Source: Rotaria socialis
Lineage: Eukaryota
Length of the DNA: 64,000 nt
Reading direction: 5' to 3'
NCBI GenBank assembly: GCA_905331295.1
Contig: CAJNYD010000015.1
Span: 1-64,000, forward strand
Shown: one piece after another, positions 1 to 14,812 of the stretch
Layout of the letters: each line of letters starts with the position of its first letter
Position numbering within the stretch: position 1 is the stretch's first letter
Made by a program: the position numbers and the translations under genes
The notes under the pieces: model-generated
The model's database searches: none
The model's input: the letters and a program-made list of their open reading frames with translations, nothing else
What the model was told of the DNA's origin: nothing

Positions 1-496
1 TGTTTTACATGGTACACTAGTGTGTGTCGAGCTTCTGTTAGCATTTCTGTAGCGAACTGTAACTCGTTTTACATATATTTTTTACCTCCAGCGCCAATAT
101 GTATGGCACGTTATTGTACTATATAATTCTATGCGATACGCATGAATTTCATGTAAACATTTAGTTTTTGAATGAATAAAAGTTTTGATGGTGGGTTTTA
201 GTAGAAATGATTCGTTTTAATCTTTAAATGAATTTCAAGTCTTTTATACACGTACACTGCTGACATCTTGTTTGAACTCTCTCATTGTTCGTTCTCATTC
301 ATCGTTTCAGATACTTTCTTCTGAATCATTTGAAAATCTATCTGCTTTTCTTCTTGTTAGATTAAGTTTGTATTTTCTTCATATAATTTTGCCCAAATTA
401 TTTTAATCAATATGTAAGTATCGCTCTCTGTTATTTTAACGGCTTGTCTATTCTTAATTATTCGTTATAAATAATAGTTTTGTGTGACATTTCAAT

Positions 497-3400
497 ATGG
501 GAGTTCCAGCATTTTTTCGTTGGTTAACAAAAAAATATCCATCAATTATTGTTAATTGTATTGAAGATAATCCTTCAACAGGTAATCTTATTGAGATTAT
601 TTTTTCATTGAAAACGTTTGTTTTTGTTTGTAATTTTTAAGATGCTCAAGGTGTTTATCATCCGTTAGATGAAACTCGTGCCAATCCGAATGGAATTGAA
701 GTAAATTTCTTTTTTAAATATTCTACTTTTATTTTTTAATTTCTCTTTTAGTTCGACAATCTTTACTTAGATATGAACGGAATAATTCATCCATGTACGC
801 ATCCGGAAGATCGTCCACCACCAAAAAATGAAGACGAGATGATGATATTAATATTTGAATGTATTGATCGTTTATTTTCCATTGTTCGTCCACGTAAATT
901 ACTTTATATGGCCATTGATGGTGTTGCCCCACGAGCTAAAATGAATCAACAACGTTCCAGACGTTTTCGAGCATCAAAAGAGACAGTTGATAAAGTTGAA
1001 CAAATGGAAAAAATAAAAAATGAAATCCGTACTAGTGGTGGTCTTTTACCTGAAGATAAAAGCCACCAAGAAAAGAGTGAACATTTCGATTCTAATTGTA
1101 TTACACCAGGTACGCCATTTATGTCAAAATTAGCCGATTGTCTTCGTTATTATATAAGACATCGAATGAATACAAATCCAGCGTGGCGTTCAATAAAAGT
1201 TATTTTATCGGATGCAAATGTTCCTGGTGAAGGTGAACATAAAATCATGGATTATATTCGTCGTCAACGTGCACAACCCGATCATGATCCTAATACACAT
1301 CATGTTTTATGTGGTGCTGACGCTGATCTTATCATGCTTGGTTTAGCAACACATGAACCATATTTTACAATAATTCGTGAAGAATTCAAACCAAATAAAC
1401 CACGTCCATGTGATATTTGTGGACAATTAGGACATGAAATGAAAGAATGCAAAGGTATTGCTAAAGAAAAATTTGGTACACATGATGAATTAACAGCACC
1501 GAAAAATTATGGTGAAACTCGCTATATATTTGTACGACTTTCGATATTACGTGAATATCTTTATCGAGATTTAGAAATTCGTTTTCAATTACCATTTGAA
1601 TGGGATCTTGAACGTGCCATTGATGATTGGGTATTTATGTGTTTTTTTGTTGGCAATGATTTTTTACCACATTTACCATCACTTGAAATACGTGAAGGTG
1701 CCATTGATCGTCTTATACGTATCTATAAAGATAATGTACCCAAATTTCAAGGTTATTTGACAGAAAATGGAATACCAAATATGGAACGTGTTGAAATTAT
1801 TTTAACAAGTATCGGTAGAATGGAAGATGAAATATTTATGAAACGACATGAATCTGATCAACAACAGCGACAACGTGAACGAAGTCGTTCAAATAATTAT
1901 CAATCACCAAATAAACGACATAGAGCGACAACAGAACGAAATGGGTATGTTTATGTTCTTTTTTTGGTATCTCAAACAAGCATTCATAGTAATATTACTG
2001 AGACAATATGAAATTTGCTATGTATCTGCAGTAATATAAGACCAAAACAAAAACATCCTAGAAATGCAATTACAATTTTTCTAATGCATAGTATGATGGA
2101 TTCTTATAATTCAGCTCATAAATTATCAATTTTAAATTAAGTTAGTCAAGTATTAAATTAGTTTATCTAATCGAATATTTCTCCTAGAAATTAATTTGAG
2201 ATTCTCCTCAAACAATTCTTAACAGAAGTGAATCAACTAGTGTATCGTATTAGAAACTAGTTCTAATTCTGAAAGATATAAGAATTTCTTATTGAATCTA
2301 ATTGAAAATTATGATATTCATCTCGAAATTTTGTTTTGATAGGCCTGCACCTTTACCTGTTTGGATGGCAGCTCCTCAACTAGAACCACAACCTATTGGT
2401 CAAAGACCTAATACCCATATTAGTAATCCAGCTCAAGCTAATTCACAATTACGTCAGATGCAACGTGTCGATTTTTCATCATCTGATGCATCGAATAATC
2501 GACCTAAAAAACGTAGTTACGACGAATTGGAACAAGAAACACCTGATTCTTCCAGATACGACCAACAAGATTCAGTTCACGATGAAGAAGAAGATAACGA
2601 TGCAAATGATTCAGTTCGACTTTGGGAAGAAGGCTGGCGTGAAAGATATTATAAAAATAAATTTAATGTTAGTAAAAATGATTTGGAACAATTTCGTATA
2701 CAAGTTGCACAACATTACGCACGAGGTTTATGTTGGGTTCTACAATATTATTATCAAGGTGTACCAGCATGGGATTGGTATATATTTAATATTTATTTTG
2801 AATTATTATTATTTGATGACTTCTTTCTTTCTTTCTTTCTTTAAGGTACTTTCCTTATCACTATGCACCATTTGCATCGGATTTTCACCTAGTTCGAGAT
2901 GTACCAGTACATTTTGATAAAAAAACAAAACCATTTCATCCATTGGAGCAGTTAATGGCAGTATTTCCATCGCAATCTAGAAAATTTCTGCCTATCGAAT
3001 GGCAATCTCTTATGACTGAAAAAGAATCTCCGATAATTGATTTTTATCCATTAAATTTTTGTGTTGATCTTAATGGTAAACGTTATGAATGGCAAGGTGT
3101 TGCTTTATTGCCATTCGTTGATGAAAAACGTTTACATCGTACGCTTGAACATGTTTACTCTACATTAACAATTGAAGAAGGAAAACGTAATCAACGTGAT
3201 TACGATCGTTTATATATTCATTCAACTGATTTATGTTATGATTATTTAAAACAACTATATGTTCCAGGTATAACTGAAGTCACAAAAAAATCTTCACTTA
3301 ATATGCCAACAATGTTAAGTGGTGGTTTGGCAGGATGTATATGGCCCGATGAGGATGATAATATAAAACCTATTGGAGAAGAAGTTAAAGCACCGTTACC

Positions 3401-4001
3401 TAATTGCGAAGATGTAATCAATAATCAAGTTATTTCTGTTAAATATCAAGATTTACCATTTGATGATGATTATATATTTAAAGCTAAATTATTAGAAAAT
3501 ATTGTAATGCCACAAACAACATTGAAACCACGAGATTATGATCAAATGACACCTTATAGACCAAATACAGGTTTTGCACAGCGGCAACAATATCAAAGAG
3601 ATTTCGCACCAGCTCAACGTTTTATTCGTCATTCGATGGGTTCTCAACAAACCGATCAACAGCAACAACCAGGTGGATTTTACCCTCAACATCAACAAGA
3701 TAGATGTTATCAACAGAACCAGTCAAGTGGGGGCTACCCTTCACGCCAACATAATGATGGTGGTGGTGGTTATCGTCCACGACAATCATATGATGGTGGA
3801 TATCGACCCCGGCAACCATATGATGATGGATATCGACCACGGCAACCATATGATGGTGGATATCGACCACGGCAACCTTATGATGGTGGATATCGTCCAC
3901 GGCAACCTTATGATGGCAGCTATCGTCCACGACAACCGAATGATGGCAGTTATCAACAACGTCACCAAAACTCATATAATTCCTATAGACCGAACTATTA
4001 A
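497..4001 (+). CDS. XRN2: 5'-3' exoribonuclease 2 (Rat1/XRN2), multi-exon
   Basis: ATG at 497 gives [18 protein letters not shown]. Spliced ORFs contain [48 protein letters not shown], a CCHC knuckle ([14 protein letters not shown]), [30 protein letters not shown], and [25 protein letters not shown]. Stop at 3999-4001. Confidence 0.95.
3765..3960 (+). repeat. Coding 30-bp tandem repeat (about 6 copies of [10 protein letters not shown]) in the XRN2 C-terminal tail
   Basis: Units of the form ggtggatatcgaccacggcaaccatatgat. Translation: [60 protein letters not shown]. Confidence 0.9.
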
Positions 4002-6732
4002 GAAAATGTGTAAAAAACTTTTCGTTTTTATTATGCCAGAACAGGCATATATACAATAAAAAAAGTTCGAAACAATAAAGAAAATATATTTTGTCAAATG
4101 AAATTCTAACTGAATTTTAATAGGAATATGCATTTTTATCACTTCACAATATTGCTTCTTAAGCTATAAAAACAAGTAATTTAAACAATTTTCTCTATAA
4201 CTCGAGTCTTAATTCTATTAACGACATTTATGAGTTAGCTGATAATATTGTTTCAAATGTAGTAGTTAACATTTTTTTGTTTTTGTATATTAATACTATC
4301 TAGCTTTTCTATTGAGTGATAAGTTTTTCTTCAGTACAAAAAATGCAAAATCATCGAAATATTAATAATATTTATTGATTTTATAAATTAAAATGGCTTT
4401 ACTGGAATATTTCCTGTAATTAAAGCACGTTACTAAAATTTCTAAAACTTTGATTCCAACAAACTCTATAATTGATATGTCATAGATAGAAAACTACTTC
4501 TAGTAATTAAAAGAGAATTTTATTTTTTTCATATTCGAATCGAATTGGTTGACGTTCCATAAATTGTTTCGAAGATGGCGTTCCTTTTCATACTTCATGC
4601 TGACCCATGGTCAATGTACGAACATTGGCTCTTCACTTTATCCAACAGAATAGAATAGACATGGGCATTGTTTCAATGATTTCCTGTTCATACAATAATG
4701 AGAGAAATGAAGAAAGAAAGCGAGTGAGAAAATATACAGAAGGAGCGACACGAGAGAAAGAGAGACAGAGGTGTTTGTATTTCATTGAAGTGAGTAACTG
4801 TTATTTTTATTACATTTTATCTTTGTTTTAAATGCTCTGTATGACTGAAAGAAGGTGATTAAGTTTTCACTTCACTTTTTGCTCTCTCTCTCTGGATGAT
4901 TGGCCGGATATTAATTTGATTGTTTTTTGTGATATTTAATTACTTTTTGTGAATAATCATGATTATATTATCCGTTGAAAATGCTATCAGAGAGAATAGA
5001 TAATGTCAAAAAAGAAAAAAAGATCAGACAGAAACGACAAAAACGAGAAGGACAGATCACTATAGGAAGTCTCTTGATTGGCATAAAGAGAAGAATATGT
5101 TGTTATCTTTTGTTGCTGACCTCGCCTCACAATAGATGGTCAATTTTCTTTATCTAATGCCACACGTACAATACATAGATAAAAGTTGAGAAATGTTGAT
5201 GTTGTTCTCTATTTGTTGTTGTTAGCTGACGTTCATTTAATGTGATGTTTGAATAGAGCTGTTACAAGCATTTTCTTTCCGACTAATGTTTGTGTGACTA
5301 TGTAATCGTATCAATATGTACAAGTATTTGTGTGTATGTGCGAGAAAAGCGAGAGCGATAGAGAAAAATCATGTTATTTTAATCATTATTGTGAGCCAAA
5401 TGTGTTTTGACCTGTTGACCATTATTCGTTTCATTGTACTCGTATTTCTGATAGGAACATCTAACAAAAAGGTTTGTACAGAATATTGGATAATAAAGAA
5501 TCCAAATAAACGAGAATAAAGATATGTTACGAATAATAATAATCATTTGTGCACTGATCAACATAGTTTAGATGCGAATAGGTGGTTGTTGTAGAGGAAT
5601 CGGATTATTTTTCTCGTTTTCTTCGTTTTCTCTTGTCTCCAATACATCTGTTCATGAAGCGTAACGTGATCTTTTCTTTCTATTTTACTTTTTGTCAGCT
5701 ATATATGTATCATACGTTAATGACAAGTAATTAGTTCGTCTGTCTATCTGTCTTTTTCAGTCAGTTCATCGACAAGTTGATAGAACAATTATTCTTATTT
5801 CTTGCATAAATATCTAAATTGCATGGTTCATCAAACATTATTTCAATTTACTCTGTCTGCATTTGCATGTACACATTCTGTCGATTTATAGCAATTGTAA
5901 ACTGAATTAGTTTGTAATTTGCTGCTATCTATCATAGAATAAGTAAGTTGTAGTTCTAGTGAATAAATGAACATCATCTTGATGTTGTAATACAAAATAG
6001 ATGATCGATGTGGGATACATGCATCTTTTTATAGATCCCTATGGTTATTCTTTCGTTGATCTCAGCTTTATTTGATGTTAATCATCAACAAAACAAGGCC
6101 GTTAGCTTGTTCTTTTTTTTTTATCCAGGCAATCATAACCTTTTGATATAATATATTATAATGTCATTCTTCATGTATTCTCAATGGGTAATACATGCCT
6201 TTGAACGCGTTTGACTGTCTGCTCAGTTTATTGCTGATGCTGATATGAAATTATGAGTGAGTATACACGAAAGAATAACATGAAAATTGAACATATCCCT
6301 GGAGCAAAATAGAACTCTTGTTTAGTTGAAGAATAAAGAAACAGAAGTCGAACATACACTTATGGATGTCATCGAAAAAACATTCGATGAATGTACAAGT
6401 AGCTGTCTGCTGTGTTTTTTATTATCAAAGAACTAGTTTCAATTTGAACAAGAACACTCGTCTGCATTGTTTTTTTCTCAGTTTATTCCTTGCCTGACCG
6501 TATTATGTATTCTGTGCTCTTCCCATCTGTTTCGCTCGTTCATTTGTTCGTTTACTCGTTTCCTTTGAACTTTATAATAAAGCAAACTTTCAAAGATACG
6601 TAACGTATTCCATTATTATATTTTTTTCATGATTTATTAATCAACACAAAATAATATAAAACAATAAGTTTGTTTTAGATTTTAAAATGTAATTAAATCT
6701 CTTTGATTTTGGTTAAATTATGTTATTATTCA

Positions 6733-9700
6733 ATGTCGATTCTAATGACAATTATCATCAACTTTTTTGTTATTATTTATTCGGGTAAAATATTTTTTTT
6801 CTTTTTTTTTTGTACTAAATGAGCCATGTCTATGATTGATCTCTTTATAGTAAACATAGCATCGGTCTTGTCATCTGCAACAATAATCGATTGTGAAATA
6901 GGTGATATCGATGTTGTTATTCCGTGTCCAATAGACCGAACTCAATGGACATTACCTTCAATACTTCAATGGTATCGATCAAACAATAGTTATACTAAGC
7001 CTATTGCTAGTCAATTTGATAATTATCCTGTACATATCGATGATATCTATCGTAATAAATATAGTCTTCTTTCGAACGGTTCATTAAAGATCGAAAATGT
7101 TCAATTAAATGATAATGATACATTTGAATGTCGATTGATTTTAATTGACCGTGGTCTACTCGATGTAAAGAGCAACAATTTTGTTACACTTCGTGTTAAT
7201 GGTATGTATTTTCTTTTTATATCTAGTTTTTACAAGAAAAATCTAATTCTAGAACAACCATATTTTATTAAATTATCCAATTCATTACAAATAGTTTCAC
7301 ATTATTCAACAGTGAATTTCATTTGTCAAATTTATGGAGTTCCTGTTCCCATTGTAAAATGGTATAAAATCATTGAGAAAAATAAACAATACACAAGTAA
7401 AGATGAAAACTTAGAATTACTTATAACTGATAGTCAACAGTATGTATATGATCTTAAAGATCTTGAGAGTGTAAACTGTTACTTTTTATTTATTCAGATT
7501 TACTCTTCGAAATGTTGATGATCGGATGGCTGGTAAGTATAGATGTGTGGGTAAAAATCGACTGGGTACAATACAAAATGACTTTCAACTTCTTATACGT
7601 GGTATGACAGAAGATTTTTGTTTTTCTTCAGTATTTTTATTTTATATGCAATTAAAAAAGGTTCGATCTATTGGCGACGATTTCCCGAGAGTCAAACTGT
7701 TAAAATAAACGATAGTGTCATATTGAAATGTGAAGGTGAAAGTAGTGAAAAACTACAATATCAATGGTATGTTCGACTCGTAATATAAAACGTTGATTGT
7801 ATGATAGTTTCCTGTTTGATATATAAGGTTGAAAGATGATCTTCCTGTTTTGGATACAATCTCATCAAGAGATCGTATACAAACTTATAGTGATGGTGTT
7901 CTTAGTATTCATAATATCGAACCTTCGGATCATGGATTTTATGTATGTATAATAAACACGTTAAATTCAGCTGGTGTTCGAAGTAAACCGGCAGTAATAA
8001 CTGTTAAATGTAGGTTGAATATTTTTCTGCATATGATTAAAATATTTTAAATCAAAATACTGACTAGATCCACCAATGCCTTCACGTAGTCATCAAGCAA
8101 AAAATTTGACATTTATCCGAGGTTCAACAGGTATCTGTCCGTGTTTGCTAGATGCTTATCCATCAATTCAATCTGTTTCTTGGTATCGAAATGGAGAATC
8201 GATACGCATTGAACCAAAAGGTAATTTTTAAACAAACAACTTGACTTTTGAGTTCAAATTTTCTTTTTCATCAGGTGGTGCATATTCTATTACATCTGAA
8301 TTTGGCTTGGTAATAAAATCTGTTGAAACAGATGATAGCGGTGAATATTTTTGTCGTGCACAAAACTCCGAAGGATTCGGGCATGATAGTAGACCATTTT
8401 ATTTAGAAACAAAAGGTATGATTTGAGTGTTTTATTCATTAATTTGAATATTTTTCTAATCAATTTATTGTAGAACCAATCAAATTTATTCTTAAACCAA
8501 AGTCCATCTATCATGTAAATGAACGAGATAAATTGATATTACCTTGTGTAGCTTTGGGTACTCCACAACCTATGATTAAATGGTTCAAAGTAGGACGAAA
8601 ATTCTCTATGTTTTTGTATACATATTTCTTTTTTTACATTGATAATTAGAATTCTATTGAATTGAGTGACGTTCATGAAAATCTAACATTGGATTCTATT
8701 GATAAAACTGACCATGGTGTGTATATATGTCAAGCATCAAATGAACACACAACAACTAATATTACCGCATTAATCACTGTCGAGAGTAAGTCTATTCAAT
8801 CACATCGATATGTCAAAATAAACAAAATATCATTTGTATGAGATCATCGTGTCATATGTGAATTATGATATTGTTCATCTGAGATTAGACAGAATTCTTA
8901 CTTGATTAGGTTAGAATTTGTCTAGAATATATTATCTATGATAAAAGCAGAGACATTTGATGTTCTATCATAAACGAATTCATCTGTATGATGTCATCTC
9001 TAATTTTGAAGATGATCTACGCTGTAGATAGATTGTTTTTGAACTTTCTATGATGTGCTACCATCACTAGTTTCAGTAGATATCATTGGACTAGTATATA
9101 ACCGGTAGAGTGACTGATTTTAAAATCTATATTGACTTTAGACTAATACGGTTTCTTACTATTGTATTTGTCAATAATGATATTTGATGACGCTTACTTT
9201 CAATGCGATTTTACTCGATACGATTATTCGCATAAAAAACTGGCTAGGACAAATAGGGAATCTGTGGTCTAGTAGTTACGCACCAGTATAAAATTCATCT
9301 CCATGTTTTACTATGCGTCTGAATAAGTGCTTCAAACTATCTTATTGAATATCATATCTAAGTAATCTGAAAAGTGAAGATTCCATCTATAAGATGAAAA
9401 TATAATCATACTATTTGGGATTATCCTCAACCAAAGAAAATATTTTTTTTCATCTGTTCTTTTATTTATTAGATTCAACACCTCAAGCACCCCATAACAT
9501 TAATTACAAACAAAAGTTATCGAATCTGTTTATTTCTTGGGAACCTGGTTATGATGGTGGTCGATTTCAACATTTTATTATCTGGCATCGAATGTTACAT
9601 AAAAAGAAACGTACCTGGAATCAAACTCGTGTTTTACCAGATAACGCAACGGAATTTACACTATTTGATTTAAAATTACACCAACCCCATGAATTAACCA

Positions 9701-11078
9701 TTGTCGGAGAAAACTATTTTGGTTTAGGAACATTCACTCCAATAATTACAATTCAACTAAATCAAACACAAGATTTATCGATTGATTATCTTTATCATTC
9801 AAATACAACAAGTTTATCTCGGCCATTATCACCTCGAAATCTCCATTTATACCAATCAGGATTAAATCTTTATATAACATGGGATCATCCAGATTTAGTT
9901 GAATCGTCAGTAAATGTTGCTTATTATGTTATACTATGGCGTTCGACAATTTTATTTAATAATCAACAATCACAACAATCAATTGTTCTACATCATCCAA
10001 TGCGTTCACATATATTGAGAAATATGAAACAATCTAAATATATTATACAAGTTGTAGCTTATTCAAATCAAGGCACATATAGTTTGCCAGCTGAATCACA
10101 AATTAATATTCGTATGTCATTTAAACAACTGTTTGTTTTTTTCTTCTTCAAAATACTTTTATATTATTATTTAGAATTTAATGCAATTATTGCTTATAGT
10201 GGATCCAGTGGTTTACTTATCATGTTACTTTGTATTTTAATTCTATTAACAATATCAGCGATATCGTTCTGTTTGTATTGTGTATTCAAATATTATTATC
10301 ATAGACGATCATATATAACAGATCTTGATTGTGGTATAGAAATATAACTAGAAACTCTAAATGTCGAATCGATGTTTTTTTCATTTAGATTCCAAATGGA
10401 AATGCTGCTGTCTTCCTCATATTCGATATAAGTATGTAGGAGAAAAACAATTATTGAATAACCAATATATGGTTTTGTTGTTTGTTATGTAGACTAGGTG
10501 ATTGTTCTCATGTGAAAGCTGATCGATATCATGCAAGTCTTCTCAAATCACATGATGTTCAAACAACACCACTGTATAAATCTCAAAATCGAATAATGCA
10601 TCACACAGCTACTGCTCCAATTCAACTACCTTCGCCTCAAGAAAGTTGTACTGATTCAACAATATCCCTAGCTAAAGTTACAACTATACCACGTTGCCGT
10701 GATTCAATCATATCAAATACAATAATTACACCACAGTTAAAACGTATTTCGCTATGCATAGACAATCCAAATTCAGTCGTTGGATCAACTGTGACTTTTG
10801 CAGCTAATGATGAAACTAAAATGGCTTCATTTTTTGAACCAATTTTAGCAAATAACATTTCACCTATACCATATGCTGATATAGACAATCGTAAAACTGG
10901 TTCTCGTCTTCCGCTTGAAGCAGTACCAGAGATCAATGAACTTGATGTAGCTAATAGTCGATATAGTTTTGATCCATCAATACTATCGATATTACCTAAT
11001 TCTCATTATTCTCGTACAGTTCAACCTAGTCCTGTTCTAATTACATTTGATTCTAGTACATTGAAATTTCGTACATGA
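6733..11078 (+). CDS. Ig-superfamily cell-surface receptor, turtle/IGSF9-like (signal peptide, 5 Ig, 2 FN3, TM, cytoplasmic tail)
   Basis: Hydrophobic first exon MSILMTIIINFFVIIYS from 6733. Five Ig domains with C...W...DxGxYxC-type motifs (DNDTFEC, MAGKYRC, DHGFYVC, DSGEYFC, DHGVYIC). Two FN3 domains (WEPGYDGG; PLSPRNL..ITWDHP). TM segment LLIMLLCILILLTISAISFCLYCVF. Stop at 11078. Confidence 0.8.
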
Positions 11079-14000
11079 CCTTTTTTCTTTCTCTGGATCT
11101 CGATTCATTGCGTATTCACCAGCGTCAGTATCTAATGCATAATCTCATTTTTTTTTTGTTTTCATTTTGTGATCTTATTCTTGTATTGTTTGACTTTAAT
11201 ATGTTCTTTTTTCTGTATTTAACATAGAAGGATAAACGAGAATGAATGACTATGGTTATATTGTAATAAATGCATTTGATCATTTTTTCCTTCTAGTTCA
11301 TTATTTTACATTTTGTTGATTCACATTCAGAATATGGTCAACAAGATATCTATGGAATTATGTCTCAATTTTAATATTGAGTCCAATGGAATAAAATCTC
11401 AAATGTTAGTGGAGTTGTGTAGGAAATATTTTTTCTGCTAACTATATTTCAATGTATTTATAAGGATACTGAATCTGTTTCATAATTAATTCTCTGACTT
11501 TTAATAAATTTATTGATCTATGACTGCAGAGAATATTACGCACGAATACAATAATTTCTAAATAGTATTTGACCTATCATCAAGATTTCAATAAAAATAA
11601 TTTAAGAATGTTTTCTAACAGAAAGAAGTGATGTTCATATTAGGCTGTTTGGAACTATTTTATTTTTCTATTATTTACTAATTGATTTCAATGTTTTTCA
11701 CCTTGTGCAAGTTTCACAAAAACTTATGTATGTCGCTTTTAGAATCGGCAGTGGTGCCACGGGTGAACCTCACAAAAATTTTCGTTTCTCGCTTTTCTGT
11801 TTAATCTATCTGTTTACTTTGTTTTCAATCTATGAACGAGTAACTGTTGAGATAAATGTTTCTTAAACATGATGTTCTGCGTAATTGTAAGAAACGAAGC
11901 TTAACGACAACGCAAGCGAGAGTGTGTTATAAAGTGTTTTACTTCATTTATTGTTCACTCGTGCTGAGAATTATTGAAGTGTCGCATTTTATCCCGCAGG
12001 CATATAGTAGTTTTGAAAGTTGTATTCAATAGTTAACTAATAACATCTTGAAATTTTAAGAATACAAGAGACATTTTTGTATGACTAGATATATTGATTG
12101 CAACATGGATGTCCGACAATGGAAAGAAAGTTGTTTTAATTCAAAACGATGCGAATCCATAGAAGATATTAACAGAAAGAAAAATTTTGAACAGAATGTC
12201 AATATTCAAATTTTTATAGATCATACATTAGTTTTGCTGCTTATAATTATTTTAGTATTGACTCTTGGGGATAAGTTTGAGCCAATAGTTATTAGATGAG
12301 CAAGCATCATAAGACGGTTACTAATCTGTCCATTTTTATGAAATATTTATCCTGCGTAAAAATAATAAAATAGACTTTCTAATATTCTGATTTTTCTAGG
12401 CGGTTTTACTATATAGTTTTAATACATAGGAGACTTCGACTTCTATAGAAACATACTTTTTCTTCATTTCTACTTTATAGAGTGATATGAAGCATAATCA
12501 GTAACAATAGAAAACGCAACTATATAATTGATATTGATCCTTAATGAGAATCTTTCTAAAAATTCAAATCTCTTGTTCATCACAAAGTTTGTTGATTTTC
12601 AAATAGTTTTTATTGCATTTAACCGATGATAGGGAAAGTGTATACGGTTACAAACTTTCAACGAACTGATGAAATTTAATAAAATTCTAGTATATGACAA
12701 TCAGATATATCGCAAATTGCTATTCAACATTTCACGATAGTACTGCTATGATTTTCAATGGTTTCATATTTTACTAACTTTACTTTAGCGTTATGAAGCA
12801 TTGCCAAATCTTAATTTGGAAATTGGTAGGCAGCACAAAGAATTTCACATACTATAAATTTTAGTTCTATATGTTACTGTTTGTTAGAAATATTTTCTAG
12901 TAAAATTTGGGATACAGTCGACATTGATTCTTTTATTGTTGAACGTTCGATTTTAATAGGAAATCCTAAAGGTTTACAGTAAATGCTCATAGAGAATAAC
13001 TAAAATTGATTCTGTTATTTCATCTCTACCTATTGTATTGACCATTGTTATAAACAAAATAAATCTGATTCAATTATTTAATAATTTTATATGTAGTATT
13101 TCATTTATTGATATAGCTACTAACATCAGGTAATTGCATATATTGAAACAATGTGTTGAATCGAATTTTCATTGATTCTAGGACGTTTCAAAATATGCTA
13201 CTGCCGAAAGTGACAATATCGATATCCAATTTAAGAGACGCTGTAATGTTTAGCACAGCAATTACAATAATATGTAGTTATCTTTTAAGAAATGAGATTC
13301 CTACTTTTCTTTCTATGTTTAGAAACCGAGTCTATAACAACATTATAACCATGATTATTTCAATTATTATTGAAAGTAGTTTCGTTTCTTCTTTTCTTAC
13401 TTGATACGCAATAACACAAATTTTTTCCCGATTTCTTACATTTATTTTCTTCTTCTTCTTCTTCTTCTTCTTCTCTAGTACGTGAAAAATTTGAAGTAAA
13501 CACGAAAAGCGCAATGAACGCGTAGTATTGACTGTATGCAGTAGCAAATATATTTAAAATGAGAAAAATTAGACAAGAACACAAGTATTTCGTTCAATTA
13601 TATAATCTTTGCCATATGAATCAACGGTGTATTTTAAATGAAGTTTACCAGTTAGTTAATATTATCAAAGAAAAATAGCACGCATATAAATGAGTCGATA
13701 ACTTGAGTACAGAATAATGTCTAAATCTTCGCATAATTTTAATGATGCATTTCAAATGCAAAAAAACATCGATAATTGTATAGAAGTAATCTCATGTGGA
13801 CTGTCAGATAATGATCTCTATTAGAGATTACATCTGGGTCCCTGAATTGTCAACAGAAGTGTTGCCTCGGTCTACTAAAAATGAATACTTACCATGATAC
13901 TATCGGTTGTATATTATATTATACATATGGAAGTTTCTTCTTCATATAAATGTATCATCTTCACAAATGCTATCGAGTTGACTATCTCGATGTCATACGG

Positions 14001-14812
14001 TTCCATCAGACAAAAAAACTCAAGAAAAATTCTACGAGAAAATAGTAAATGTTCACATGTTGAACTAAAATCCTACTTGAATCAAGTGTAGTATAAATTA
14101 AAATATTCAAAATCGATTCAACTTCAGTTTGTATACGCATGATCAATTATGAAATTCCATTAATTATGTAATTGACGCAGCCGTAAAAAAGCTACTCCAT
14201 GAAAACCATCAATTTCAGTTCAGCTGTATGATTTATATACAAAGCTTCATTCACACAATATCGATCTTAAACATCATTAACTCGAATTCGACAACATATT
14301 ATGCAGCTACATTCATCATCTTTTACATGTCAAAATCATAATCAACTATCGTATAAGTAATTGATATTGTTTTCTTCTTTGAGTGTTACCATGGCACAAA
14401 ATTAATGAATAATATCGCTTTCTAAATAATTTGTGTATCATTCTTGAATACTAATTGGGTATAAACTGGAAAGTGTAGTACTTCAAAATATCACATACGT
14501 AGAGGCAATATTTGAAAAGTTATTTCTGTCTACTCCTATTGAAAATAAAACAGACCATATAAAAGGAAAACGAAGATTTCATATCTGCCTCCAAATGTAG
14601 AGATGTGCACGCGCGAATACATATGAAGTAGTGGGAACTTTTTCCTCCGTGAAAGAGACAGTAGTTTATTACTGATATGTCATGATCTATTCACATACAG
14701 CTTGCTAGTTTTTTTGTCGTCTATCGCAAAGCATATTTTGTGTAAAATGTAACAACCTAATCATAAAATAATGTTGCATTCAAAAATCTCCATTTTAGAA
14801 TATAATAAAAAA

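Noticed and set aside
3492..4059. Alternative-frame and antisense ORFs over the XRN2 tail
   Set aside because: Shadow ORFs created by the stop-free 30-bp repeat.
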